Shown here piece by piece: positions 26,656 through 40,141 of a stretch of 64,000 bases of DNA. The position numbers and the translations under genes were made by a program. This DNA is from Octopus vulgaris (Eukaryota). Each line of letters begins with the position of its first letter. Within the stretch, counting starts at the first letter, position 1. The notes below the pieces were generated by a model, which worked only from the letters and a program-made list of their open reading frames with translations, did not search any database and had not been told where the DNA came from. The stretch covers positions 29,512,001 through 29,576,000 of the forward strand of contig OX597820.1 in the NCBI GenBank assembly GCA_951406725.2, in the 5' to 3' direction.

Positions 26656-28856
26656 TTATTATTATTATTATTATTGTTATTATCATTATTTAACTACACT
26701 CACAGAGTGGTTGGCATTAGGAAGGGCATCCATCTGTTTGTGTCCGTTGCCAGCCTCGCCTGGCTCCCGTGCAGGGGGCACGTAAAAGCACCATCCGTTC
26801 GTGGCCGTTTGCCAGCTCTGTCTGGCACCTGTGTGGGTGGCACGTAAAAAGCACCCACTACACTCACAGAGTGGTTGGCGTTAGGAAGGGCATCCAGCTG
26901 TAGAAACACTGCCAGATCTGACTGGGCCTGATGAAGCCTTCCGGCTTCACAGACCCCAGTTGAACCGTCCAACCCATGCTAGCATGGAAAACGGATGCTA
27001 AGTGATGATGATGATGATTATTATTATTATTATTATTATTTAACTACACTCACAGAGTGGTTGGCGTTAGGAAGGGCATCCAGCTGTAGAAACAATGCCA
27101 GATCAGACTGGAGCCGGGTGCAGCCTCCTGGCTTCCCAGACCCCGGTTGAACCGTCCAACCCATGCTAGCATGGAGAACGGACGTTAAACGATGATGATG
27201 ATGATGATGATGATGATGATCTGGTGAGTTGGCAGAATTGTTAGCACACTGGACAAAATGCTTAGTGGTATTTCATCCATCGCTACATTCTGAATTCAAA
27301 TTTCGCTGAGGCCAACTTTACCTTCCATCCTTTTGGGATCATTAAAGTAAATACCAGTTGAACATTGGGGTCAATGTAATCAACTCATCTCATCACCTAA
27401 AAAATTGCTGCCCTTGTAGCAAAATTTGAAACCAGAGCTGTGGCCATGCATGTGTGTATCATCATCATCATTGTTTAACATTCGTTTTCCATGCTGGCAT
27501 GGGTTAGACGGTTTGACTGAGGCCTGGAAAGGCAGCGGCTGCACCAGGCTCCAATCTGATCTAGCAATGTTTCTACAGCTGGATGCCCTTCCTAACGCCA
27601 ACCACCCCAAGAGTATACTGGGTGCTTTTTACATGCCACCAGCACAAGAGCCAGTCAGGGGCCACTGGCATCGGCCATATTCAGATGGTGCTTTTTATGT
27701 GTCACCGGCACGGGAGCCACTCAGGCAGCCCTGGCATCAATCACGTTCAGACAGTGCATTTTACGTGCCACCAGCGCAGGATCCAGTTGGGGGCACTGGC
27801 ATCAGCCACACATATATATAGTGTGCATGTGTGTGTGCGTGTGTAAGACCTTGCTGTACACTCAGTATGATGCCAGCAGCAAGTCAAATCTGCAATATAG
27901 TTCTAAAATCTCAGTTTCATTTATTTTATTTCTCTTGGTTTAAGGTCTTTCAGATAAAGAAGCATGGAGACACAGTCTCTCCCCACCTTTTCAATATTGC
28001 TCTATAAGAAAAAATTTTCTCTGGGTTCCCTTCTATTCTACCAATCTCCTTAATCATGAGTCATTTGTTATGTCAAAAGTTCATTAAAAACCCTACATCA
28101 TGCTGCTGTATTTAATTTTTGAGTGTTTTGTTTGTTTTTTATGCCAGACAGCAAGTTTTAGTGTTTTTCTTATCAAACATTTGATGTCAGCAACTAGCCT
28201 TGATAATTGTAAAGAGCTTTTAAACAACAACAATCTTTTCAAGATTCTTTGGAAAAATCTAAATCTTGTTCAAGCTTGTCCAAATTCACATTATACTGTT
28301 TTAATTAGGTTTTGTAGTAATGACCTAGTGTTCTCAATTAATCTTAACAGTTCTTAATGTTGTCCTTGTTGAATATTTATTTATTATTATTTGCAATTGG
28401 TGAAGAAAGCCTCAATGGTTTCATGGTTTCCAAGAATGCTGCCATTCACTGTTTCATTGCATTTCTGATGGTGACAGTGACAAGGAAGGGTCACCGACTA
28501 CAATTTCTTAACCAAGTTTATGCCATTGCCATTTTATATTAGTAAAAGTTACAGACAGACGTACATGCACACACACACACACACACACATATGCATGCAC
28601 ACTTGTTAAAGTTTGTTTTTATGTCAAGTTATATATAGAAACAATTTAACATCAAACTAGAGGATAATTTTTCATAATATATGTGTTTATTAAACTCACT
28701 GTCACTGTTGACTTTTATAGTATATCTAGGATATAATTTGAGAAAACTTTGCTCATATAACTACCAGGTCAAGTTACCTTTTAGGGTGTCCCTGATTGGC
28801 TTTCAGACAATAAGAAGTTAATTTATAAGGGGGAACTTACTTGCCATATAGCTGAC

Positions 28857-29620
28857 CAACTGGCTTGCTCTTATGTTGGTAGCAGATCAACTGGCCTGCT
28901 CATATACTGGTAGCAGATCAACTGGCCTGCTCGTATACTGGTAGCAGATCAACTGGCCTGCTCGTATACTGGTAGCAGATCAACTGGCCTGCTCATATAC
29001 TGGTAGCAGATCAACTGGCCTGCTCGTATACTAGTAGCAGATCAACTGACCTGCTCGTATACTGGTTGCAGATCAACTGGCCTGCTCTTATACTGGTAGC
29101 AGATCAACTGGCCTGCTCGTATACTGGTAGCAGATCAACTGGCCTGCTCGTATACTGGTAGCAGATCAACTGGCCTGCTCGTATACTGGTAGCAGATCAA
29201 CTGGCCTGCTCGTATACTGGTAGCAGATCAACTGGCCTGCTCGTATACTGGTAGCAGATCAACTGGCCTGCTCGTATACTGGTAGCAGATCAACTGGCCT
29301 GCTCATATACTGGTAGCAGATCAACTGGCCTGCTCGTATACTAGTAGCAGATCAACTGACCTGCTCGTATACTGGTTGCAGATCAACTGGCCTGCTCTTA
29401 TACTGGTAGCAGATCAACTGACCTGCTTGTATACTGGTTGCAGATCAACTGGCCTGCTCGTATACTGGTAGCAGATCAACTGGCCTGCTCGTATACTGGT
29501 AGCAGATCAACTGGCCTGCTCGTATACTGGTAGCAGATCAACTGGCCTGCTCTTATGTTGGTACCAGATCAACTGGCCTGCTCATATACTGGCAGCAGAT
29601 CAACAGGCCTGCTCATATAC
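28857..29620. repeat. 31-bp minisatellite, about 24.5 copies (tggcctgctcgtatactggtagcagatcaac)
   Basis: Units start at 28861, 28892, 28923 and so on. Copies are highly identical and have no spacers. Confidence 0.95.
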
Positions 29621-30596
29621 TTTCACTAGTTATATATGAGGATGAAGCCAAAATAAGGCAGAAACATATCTGAAGTTGTATCTGATATATTTTCTGGGAA
29701 AAAAGAAGAAAAAATCATTAGCCATCAGCTAATATTATTGATTTTTATTATGTCATATTTTTTCAAACTGCATATTTTATTGTACTTAAACTTTTTAATG
29801 TTCCACACATTAAATATATTAACATTTATGCAGCTAATGTTGTTTATACAGATGGTATCTCTGGAATTATTTAATGTCTGTAGTTTTTATAGTTAACCTG
29901 TAAATTGTCAATTTATTTCTCTTTGAGAGTATGCAATTTTGCCACTGTAATCATCAAATAGCTGTTACATAATTTGACTTGTACATTGTCGAATATGTTA
30001 CATAAGCATTCAATTCATGTCTGAATATGCCATAAAATATTTCTGGCATTGTGTCAAACTGAGAATTGATATTTAACATGTGTGATTGTATGGTTAAGAA
30101 GTTTGCTTCCCAACTACATGGTTTCAGGTTCAATCCCACTTTGTGGCAACCTTTTTTCACTTTGCCGCTGGACTGAAAAAGCACTATTTGAGCATGACCG
30201 TCACCAGTACCGCCTGACTGGCCCTCATGCCGGTGGCACATAAAAGCACCCACTACACTCTTGGAGTGGTTGGCGTTAGGAAGTGTATCCAGCTATAGAA
30301 ACTCTGCCAGATCAGATTGGAGTCTGGTGCAGCCATCTGGTTCACCAGACTTCAGTCAAATCGTCCAACCCATGCTAGCATGGAAAGCAGACGTTAAATG
30401 ATGATGATGATGGTACACTTATATTCTTTTCAAAATTTGACAGCACACCTGAACTAAAGACATAACTAAAAATATAAGGAAAAAATTATATTCTGGTTAA
30501 ACTGTGGCACACATAGCATCATCTCGTGGCACACCAGTGTACTGTGGCATAACAGTTGCAGAGCACTGCATAGCCTATAGAAACTGAAAGAAACCC

Positions 30597-30633
<37 letters not shown>

Positions 30634-31166
30634 ATGTGGCTGTCTCATTAAGAAGCTTACTTCCCAACCATGTAGTCTTGGTTTCAGCCCTGCTTGGGGA
30701 AATGTCTTCTACTATAGCTCCAGGCGATCCAAAACCTTATGAGTGTATTTGGTTAATAGAAACTGAAAGAAGCTTGTATTTATGTGTGTGTGTGGTCATA
30801 ATAGTTTACCATCAGTTTTTATTTTAACTCAGAGACTTTTCTCTTTCTTTTGCCATATTATAATGTTCGAGAGCTTTTCAAAGTTTTGCATACATTTTCA
30901 TTCTTTTATGTCTTTTACAATTCCAAACTTTTCTTTCTTCTTTCTTTTTTTTTTTTATGCTGTTGTTGTTACAACTAGCTCCATTGTGTCCATATTTGGT
31001 ACTTTTTCCTGCTTTCAAAAATACACATTCTGATAACCAATCAATCATTGGTCAAGTTTGATTGATATTGTGTGAGTGACCATTCATACTGATGCCAAAG
31101 ATCATGCATGCTTCAGACAAAAGGTATGTGTGAGTGTGTGTTTGCAAGTATATATGTGTGTATGTA

Positions 31167-31248
<82 letters not shown>

Positions 31249-31519
31249 GTGAGAGAGACAGAGAGGTGGAGATACAGACAGACAGAGGGGTGGGGAGACA
31301 GACAGACATGTGTATTCTCTTACTAACTCTGTTCAGAGGACTGTGATCATGCTGGAACATAATAAATGTTGCGTGTTTAATACAAACATATTTTTATATC
31401 AAACAGAGAAGCTTACTGTTTTTCATATCAGATAGCATTTTAATCTGTGCTTAACATAACCACCATCCTGTCCTCACCCATATACATTAAAAATCGGTTT
31501 TTCAAAGAAGAATATCTTA

Positions 31520-31720
31520 TTACCCTCAAACGACATCTGGACAGATTCCTTTGAGGGATACCAGACAAACCACCTATACTTGAATACATCTTAGTCAGCA
31601 ACAATTCCCTGCTTGGATAGGCTATGATACCACAAAACTGACTTAAAAATTACTCAACAGATTCAGGTGGTGCCATTAGCGCTTTGCCTGTCCAAAGCAT
31701 TTTCATAAGTTTGTCCTAAA
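31520..31720 (+). mobile_element. LINE (CR1/L2/Jockey-group) ORF2 C-terminal remnant
   Basis: Reads KRHLDRFL*GIPDKPPILEY...NNSLL, resembling the K..LD.FL..IPD.P...NSL end motif of these elements. Confidence 0.45.
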
Positions 31721-31819
31721 TGTCCGTGCTTGTTGTTAGACCTTTTTAGTTAGACCTTTCATATGTTCTTAGTAATAAATATAAAGCTTTCCTTTCATAA
31801 GTCTTAAGTTGTTCTAGTG

Positions 31820-32122
31820 CAGTGGCTTCCAAAGTGGGCTGTATTGACCCTCTGGTGACGGTGGGAAGTTCCAAGGGGGCATTGAAGAAAAGTTGTGCGG
31901 TAATGGGGTAGCGACTCATATGGGGCAATAATGGGGTGGCAATTCATGTAAAAACAACAAAATAATGGGTCCATTAGGTTAAGTTTTATTTGTGAAAAAC
32001 AGTTGCTTTGAATTTGCTTCAGAAATAGGTCTATGCTTGTGATGGTTAGTTGCGGTGGGGGCGCTAGGAATATAGTCTGGGTGTCAAGGGGACAGCAGCC
32101 CGAAAAAGTTTTGGAACCTTTG
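31820..32122. mobile_element. hAT (Charlie-like) MITE
   Basis: TIRs cagtggcttccaaagt / aagttttggaacctttg. The 8-bp TSD ttctagtg / ctctagtg matches at 7 of 8 positions. Confidence 0.8.
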
Positions 32123-32990
32123 CTCTAGTGGATGACAAAAATTGAGAATATGTATCATATATGATGCAGGAAAACAGGAAATGTGTCCTGTGTGTCACAT
32201 GTGACATGCAGGACAAGTAAAGGGCTAATCTGGAGATGGCCTGAGCCAAGTTTATTTAATACCTATCGTTATATATTCTACATTTAAATTGTATTGTGTT
32301 CTTCCTTGAAATATTGCAATGTATGGTCTCCTTAAATGATTTGACATAGGAGTTTTCTGCAACACACAACAATTCATAATGTTTAGGCATGGTCACAGCC
32401 CTCTAAACAGAGTTGTAGTGCACCTTAGCACTGTATGCAACAATTTCTTTCATATATATATAAGTTTGGAAAAGGTAGCAAGTGAAAATTCTGTTAATGT
32501 AATTATTAGCTCAAGCTTATATACATTCACTGTATATTAGCTATGAAAATAATCTAATAATGTGATGTTTGACACAAAAAAATGGATATTAGTACGCATG
32601 GAAATATAAGAGATATAGGTTTGATTCCCCCTTGTACTAATACCCATTTCTTCATTCAAGGGCCTATATGCCCCAGTATTAGTCTATTTTCTATAGCCAA
32701 TATATGGTGAACACTTATCAACTTCAGCATATATTTACCGAATATATATATATATATTTAAAACAGAGTCTGTGTGTGTGTATGTTCCTTATGGATTTGA
32801 AAACTGAGTTGCTGATTTTGACGTATGAAATATCAAAAGGTTCTGTAATCTTTTGACTACCAAATAAACTATATTTTTTGCACAACTCTTTTTTCACTAC
32901 AAAACTAACCTTGGAAACAAGGTCAGGTCGCACACTTATGAAGTCTTTAGCTAAGGGAGGCAAATTTCAACTATATATATATGTGTGTGT

Positions 32991-33280
32991 GGAGGCGCAA
33001 TGGCCCAATGGTTAGGGCAGCGGACTCGCGGTTTCAATTCCCAGACCAGGCGCTGTGAGTGTTTATTGAGTGGAAACACCTAAAAGCTCCACGAGGCTCC
33101 GGCAGGAGGTGGTGATCCCTGCTGTACTCTTTCACCACTCTTTCTCCCACTCTTTCTTCTGTTGGCCTGCTCGCTTAGCCAGCGGGGTGGCGTCATTCGA
33201 AGGCTAAAACAATGCCAACACATTGTGACCAGCGATGTGTAACTACATCTGATGGACTGGTCGGTCACGTGATCACGTGA
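32991..33280 (+). mobile_element. tRNA-derived SINE, family C (CORE-like relatives elsewhere)
   Basis: ggaggcgcaatggcccaatggttagggc head and ggtttcaattccc B-box. Related heads or CORE-like cttgagcaagacacttt...cactcagctg segments occur at ~1722-2057, ~6040-6285(-), ~41095-41355(-), ~43345-43645(-), ~47450-47650(-), ~49588-49905, ~55035-55334(-) and ~61497-61710. Confidence 0.75.
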
Positions 33281-33956
33281 CATATATATATATATTCAAG
33301 CAAAGTTACACAACATGGCTGAGTACAATCAGACACAAGACCCTCCACCACAGACAGTCCCAGTGGAAGACTCTCCACCCAGATATGTGTGGAAACACAA
33401 GACGGGCTACATTTTCAAACATCTGTGAGGAGAGGTTTCTCTCAGGGCTGTCTCTCAGCACAGTCTTCTCCCACATGAGTGCTCTCGAGTGTGTTAAGTG
33501 TGACTTTGTGCAGATATATTTCGTTCAACACTGCTTTGCGTGACATTTTAGTACACACAGATATATATGTATACACACACACACACGCACGCACACACAT
33601 ACTTATACATTTTATTCCTTCATTTCATTTTACACGAGAATATTTTGATAGTGACTTCAAAATTTCGGTTCAGTTGCCTTCATCAGACTATATGCCAAAG
33701 ATAACTAAGCTGATACTTTGAAGTCACTATCAACTTCTTTTTTTTTTTTTGTGGCAATAAAATCAATGATACTTTACTTAAATCTATTGAGTGAGCCTTC
33801 AATTAATGTGTTTTGTATATAGAAAATATATATATATGTGTGTGTGTGTGAGAATATATGTATATATTGATGTGTTATGTTTGTATATATTTATGTGTTA
33901 TGTATATATTTATATCTATACATGTATGTATGTATATATATATGTATAGACGTATG

Positions 33957-34058
<102 letters not shown>

Positions 34059-34418
34059 CTTAAATATAAATGTATACCTCTGTTTCTTTATATCTGTCAA
34101 TGTCTTGTTTTGCATTCAATATCATTCAACTATGGTTTGTTGAACAGCATTTCTGCATCACTTCAACTTTATTCACTTGCTACTTACCTGTAATTATTGC
34201 ACCTGCATTTTTTCTTTTCTTTTTCTATTTCTATATTTTTCGTTATTTTATTTTATTTATTTATTTTTTGCATTATTTTTATTTTGTTTTCATTGTTTAT
34301 TTATGTTTTACTTGCATGACTTTGTTGTTCTTGTTGTCATTGCTGCTGCTGTCATTGCCGCTGCTACCTCCACCACCATCACAACCACCACCACTACTAC
34401 TTTTATACTGATACACAG

Positions 34419-34478
34419 GTATCAGACGCAAAACTTTTTCAGGAGATGTCATCGACTGTGACCAACTTAACAGAAAAA
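34419..34478 (+). CDS. ARFGAP1: Candidate duplicated/alternative ArfGAP1 exon, 60 nt, phase 0-0, VSDAKLFQEMSSTVTNLTEK
   Basis: Acceptor ttttatactgatacacag|GTA and consensus donor AAA|gtaagt. Same length and phase as exon 41922-41981. It is 8/20 identical to the recalled human peptide, with hydrophobic positions 6, 7, 10, 14 and 17 conserved. Confidence 0.75.
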
Positions 34479-35016
34479 GTAAGTGTCCCCCCTCCCTCGC
34501 CAAACTCTATTGAATGGCATCTTTTATTTTATGGTTTTATCTTTTCTTCTTTTTTTATATTTTATTTGCTTTCTTGCCTGCTATTTTCCCCACACCCTTA
34601 ATTAATTTTTTTTTATCTATCATTACTCACCTTTTATTTTTTTTATTTTATTTTTTTTGCATTGTTTGTAAAACTAATTGTTATTTTCTTTATAATTGTT
34701 TGTCTATGTAACAACATATCTTCTGCTACAAAACTAACATGTGTAGTTACTAAACTAAGAAATAACTAAATTGATTAAAATTAATTAAATATTTATAGTT
34801 TGTTTCCCAGCCACATGGTTCCAGGTTCAGTCCCACTGTGGCACCTTGAGCGCTCACTTTTAGCTGGATTGGTTTAATTAAAAATGACAAACTTTATTAT
34901 TATTATTATTCTGATGTGTTGTTTGGAACATAATCAGCAAAAAGTCTTACATGAAATTATGATGATTTCTTTTAAACTGGTGTGTGGGGTTACATGATAG
35001 AACAAGGGTATATTGA

Positions 35017-35350
35017 GGGCCAGATATATGGGCCTAAGTGTGCCATGGTTCAGGGGAGGCCCCAGGTATTGGAGCACCTCTTTAGCTCAAAGACACCTAA
35101 AACTTGGAGTTAGATTTTTTTTTTAATTCATCTACAGCAGTCAAATAATTTGTAACCTCTTTTAATCCAATAGGGTTCTTTTAAAATTACTGAGCCCTCT
35201 GTTGATTTATTGGGGCCTCTTCAAACTGTTTGGGGCCCTTAGATTTAAAAGAGCCCCTTTTGGTTATCTTATGTTTTGAATTAGTAAAATCATAGGGGAG
35301 CCCCTAAAATCTATTAGCCCAGGGGCCACACAAGATCTTAATCCAGTCTT
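35017..35350. mobile_element. Degenerate hAT-like MITE (CAGGGCCGGATT-type ends)
   Basis: agggccagatat ... ttaatccagtctt ends with internal ggggccc motifs. A similar end occurs at ~18980-19011. Confidence 0.45.
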
Positions 35351-36862
35351 AGTTCTCTCATAAAAATTGTTAAATGAAATGAATTGTTAGTCCATTCCTG
35401 AATTTCAATTAGTTTGATCTCTGATCGTCATCATTTGTTTTATTGGTGGATATGTAGGTGCAGACATGGCTATATGGTTAAGAAGTTTACTTCCCAACTA
35501 AATGGTTTGGGGTTCTTCCTTACAGCACGGCACTTTGAGCAAGTGTCTTTGACTATTGCTTCCACCTGGCCAAATTTTTGTCAGTGGAACCAGTTGATAG
35601 AAACTGAAAGTAGCTTGTGTGTGTCTTGATATCACTTGGGAGATGTGAGTGTCACTATCATAAAAGCAATGCTGTTCATTTGCAGTCTTCTGTAAAAACA
35701 TGTCTGGCTATGAAGAAATATTACCTTTGATTGGAAATAGACATGGGTTGGTGATAGGAAGGGTATCCAACCATAGAAAATATGCATCACTGAATTTTGT
35801 TTAACCCATACAAGCATGGAAAAGTGGCTGTTAAAATGATAAAGATGCGATGCACTTAATTTCTGGCTAAGAAGCTTTATTTCTAAACTAGACACAGTAA
35901 AATGCTGTTCTCCACTTGGTTTTGAATTGACAGTCATTAGAACATTCGACAGTATATTTCATGGTATTCATTCCAACTCTTTTTGCTCTGAGTTCAAATC
36001 TCACCAAGGTCGATTTGGCCTTTCATATTTTTGAGGTCAATAAAATGTACCAATGTAGGGCAGAACTGTAGGAAAATCAACCTGGATGTCTTCCAATATT
36101 CATTCAGCTCTCTGGATTTTGAGTTCAAATCCCACTGTGGCTCACCTTAGCTGGTAGTCTTAAGTTATCAACCAGTTTGACATCACCACCTGGCACCAGG
36201 GATGTCTTTATAGAGCCCTGCTCTGTAAGCATCCAGGTTAGATCTTTGGGTTTTTGGGGGGTTTTTTTAGGATAACTTCATCCCTCCATCTCATTTGTCT
36301 TGGAGGCCTTACCTCTTGAGTAGGATATAAAAAAAAAGAGGGAAAAAGTATTCTCATCTAGTCTTCTAGCATTTAGATTATACTGTGAAATGTAATGCTT
36401 ATTTATTCAGTTTGTTTTGAATTACTCATGCACAATCTCATAGTTTTAAGATGTCAATGATGTGATTGTATATTTTTAGAACCACATTCTATGATAGGTC
36501 TGAAAGGCCAAGTCTGGCCAGTTTGAACATAAAACAGGTTGAATATTTGGGGCAGAAATGCCTGGCTTAGATCCTAAAGGGTTAATGTTAGAGTCATAAA
36601 TTATTTAAAATTATTTTTCACAAAAGACGGCCATATTAAGCTGATGTTGAAGCTCAATCAAGTAGACCAACATTATCAATGATGGATCTTCAACAGTGAT
36701 CCACAAAACTCTATCAGCCATGCTTCTTTATATATAATCCTGTTTTCTTTTTGTTATTGTTGTTTGTGTATTTTTTAACCAGTCATTCTTTATATCCTAC
36801 TATCAGTATATGTTTGTGTGTGTGTGTGAGAATATATGTATGTGTGTATATGTGTGTGTATG

Positions 36863-36921
<59 letters not shown>

Positions 36922-37903
36922 ACAAACAGTTACCCCTTCGAGATCAATAAAATCAATTGATATGGGTATGGTTTGAACTCTAACCTTCCTAGACACTTAT
37001 TGATCTTCCATTTGATTCTTTTTATCTACCAATGATCCATTGCCATCCATTCTAGATTGCTGGCTCCCATTTTCACTAATCCATTTTACAAACCACGAAA
37101 ACCTCTTCGTGACTGCCCTCAACTGCATGCTAGAAATAGCAGCTAGATTTCCCTCAAACCATACACTGTTCTATTATAAAAAATATAATGGCACATGGAG
37201 CAATTTAGTAGTCTTAGAGGTATTACATCTGATTAATAAAAGACATGCTTCTTTCAGTTTCCACTCACAAGGCATTTGGTTGGCCCAAGGTACCACGAAG
37301 TGAGAATGAACCTGAAATCATCTGGTTGGGAAACAAAGTTCTTTACCATAGAACTATGTCTGCACCTTCACATGGCCACACCTGTTTAAAAATTATCTAA
37401 ATATAAAGCTTTCCATCAAAATTTTGTGTAAAATTATGTTCCAAACACCAGCTTAATAATAACGACAGTCATTTTCCTAAATACTTCATTATTTTCAAAA
37501 TCACTTCCAAAATTAATTGAAAGAAAAAAAAACAATGGTGTATTTCAATAGAAACACAACCACAAAAGTGTTGACATCCTTTTCTAACATTTTTTTTTTA
37601 CTCCTAAATATTTAACCATTTTCTTGTGTGTGTTTGTGTGTGTGTACACTATTTCTAAAACATGGCTTTCTGATTTTTGAAATTTGCAATTATCTGCTTG
37701 AAATCACAGCATTTTGTAGTTTAATTTTCAATTTCACAGGAACGGAAATCTTATTAAGGACTCTGGATTTCATTTTGAAATCTGTTCTTTTTTTCCGTGC
37801 CTCCTTTCCTCCCTCCTTCCCATTACATTAGTTCTTATTTTGAACTGGGCAGTTGCCAGGGCTTGGGTTTTGCAGATCTCTATCAGAATGCCAATTTTGC
37901 CAG

Positions 37904-37939
<36 letters not shown>

Positions 37940-38043
37940 TTAACGAGTCTCCAAACTGTACTTGGTTCGGAGCTGGTCATTGATTGTGACTTGCCTTTGC
38001 TGGGATCTGTTTGGTTTCCTACACTCTTATACTCTTATCACAG

Positions 38044-38064
38044 CCATGGGGTGGGGGAGGAAAG
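38044..38064 (+). CDS. Candidate 21-nt in-frame microexon (PWGGGGK) between the two paralogous exons
   Basis: Pyrimidine tract tttcctacactcttatactcttatcacag|CCA and donor AAG|gttaga. Phase 0-0, in non-repetitive sequence. No homology support. Confidence 0.35.
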
Positions 38065-38377
38065 GTTAGAGTTCAGTGGAGTAACTGTATTCTCATATTC
38101 TCTCACTCACTTCTTTGCTGTTGGTCTTTTTTTTCTTTCTCATTCTCTGTAACAGAAACACACACACTTCTGTCTTTCTTTACCATCTCCCTTCCCTTTT
38201 CTTAGTCTCTCTCTCTCTTCTCTCTTCCTCTCATATAAGCTCACACATACACATATAACATATGCACACACACACACATGTGCATATATTACATACTCCC
38301 TCTATCTCTCTCTCTCTTTCACATATAAACCCACACACTCATATAACTCACATTCACACACACCCGTGCATATATCA

Positions 38378-38446
<69 letters not shown>

Positions 38447-40082
38447 GCACAGACTTACACCTTATTTCATTGTCTGTTCTCTGCTTTCTTTTTTGCCCAT
38501 CATTTTCTTTTCCTCTCACTCCTCTGATTTATTCCCTCATTCCATTACTCTTCTCTTTTCTCTCTCCCCTTTCCATACACACACACACACACACGTGTAT
38601 CTAAGTATGTGTATATATATAGTGTGTGTACATATATATATATATATGTGTGTACATATATATATATACATATATGTGTGTGTGTGTGTGTGTATGATGT
38701 ATATATGTATGTATGACTCTCCCTCCTTTCTCAAAGCTGTCTGTTTCCATAATGTCAAATTAACTGATTCCTTATTTAGATTGTATTCCAGGGACAAGAA
38801 ACTTGCTTTGGCTTCAAATATCTTATTCGCTCAACTAACAAACACATTCCTAATCACTCTCAATCTTCCTTACAAGATAGCAGTGGTGTGGAGGGCCACG
38901 AAACATTGCTGCTGTTTCACAATGGTTTCACTTTGATGCTTTCAGTTGCATTGGATAGTTTAGAAGGAAATCACATTCAGTGAATTGGCAAAGCTATTAG
39001 AGTGTCAGATACAATACCTCAAAGTATTTGTTCCTTTGTTCCGAATCCTTGTTCTCTGAGTTCAATTCCTACCAAGGTCAATTATGTCTTTCATCATTTG
39101 AGAATCAATAAGAAAAAAAAGTATTGATCCAGAACAGTGGATTGATGGAAATGTAAGAATGGTGGGCCAAATGTCTTGTGGCATTTGTTCTGGTTTCTGG
39201 CATTCTGAATTCAAATCCTACCATGGTCCCCCAACCCTTGCTTATCTGAGCGGTAGGTTTAATTTGTTCTGGTTGATACTTCACACCTCAGGTGTCTTTA
39301 ACAGTGTTCCCATTGTTGCAGTCATTTTAGCCAGGTTTGCAGTTTAAGGATATCTTCCCTCCCTCCCACTTGTCTTCGAAGTTTTATGAATGGTCATGGG
39401 CATCACCTTCTCTCCTGTCTAAACAGATTAAAAAGAGAGAGACAGACGGACTTTGGCTAGATACAAAAACCTTGTACTTTAGAAGAGGTAGAAAAAGAAA
39501 GTGTGACAAATTTTTCCTATGCAAATTCACCTCACCAAGGTATTGAAGCTACATCTCTGTCTCAACATTTAACCTTACCAAACAGAGGAAAACTGAATTC
39601 TTTTGTGCTGAGTGATGATTAAAATAAACTGATGTTGAATGGAACAAATTTAACTGAAGAGTTTTAAATAAGGGACATAATTACTCCAAAATAACTTGTC
39701 ATCAGTTATTCCGTTTTTTCCTGAATATTTTAGTTTTTTGTCTCCTTTCTCATTTGCTGCATTGGTATTTCTGATGACTTAGAAGATTAATCCTTGCATA
39801 AAGCATGCATCTGCACAAGTTACAGTTGATTAACCCTTTTTATACCAACCCACCCAAAATTACCCTTGGTTCTATGGTACAACCTTCCTGCTTTGAAGTG
39901 ATCTAAATTAAAATTTGTTTAAAATTTGATGCTGTGTTCTGAATATCAGCTTAATAACAGCTAAGTTGTTTTACTGTATTCTTAATTATTTCAGAACTTA
40001 ATTTAAATAAAGAGGGTACATTTCAACAGAAATATGGTAACAAAATTATTAAATAGAAGAGGATATAGTTGAACCTGACAGA

Positions 40083-40091
40083 TTATTATTA

Positions 40092-40141
<50 letters not shown>

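Noticed and set aside
28857-29620. CRISPR array (31-bp partly palindromic repeats)
   Set aside because: The units abut directly with no unique spacers, there are no cas genes, and the context is eukaryotic.
39283-39415. Minus-strand exon-like segment with a good acceptor
   Set aside because: It has stops in all three frames and a weak donor.
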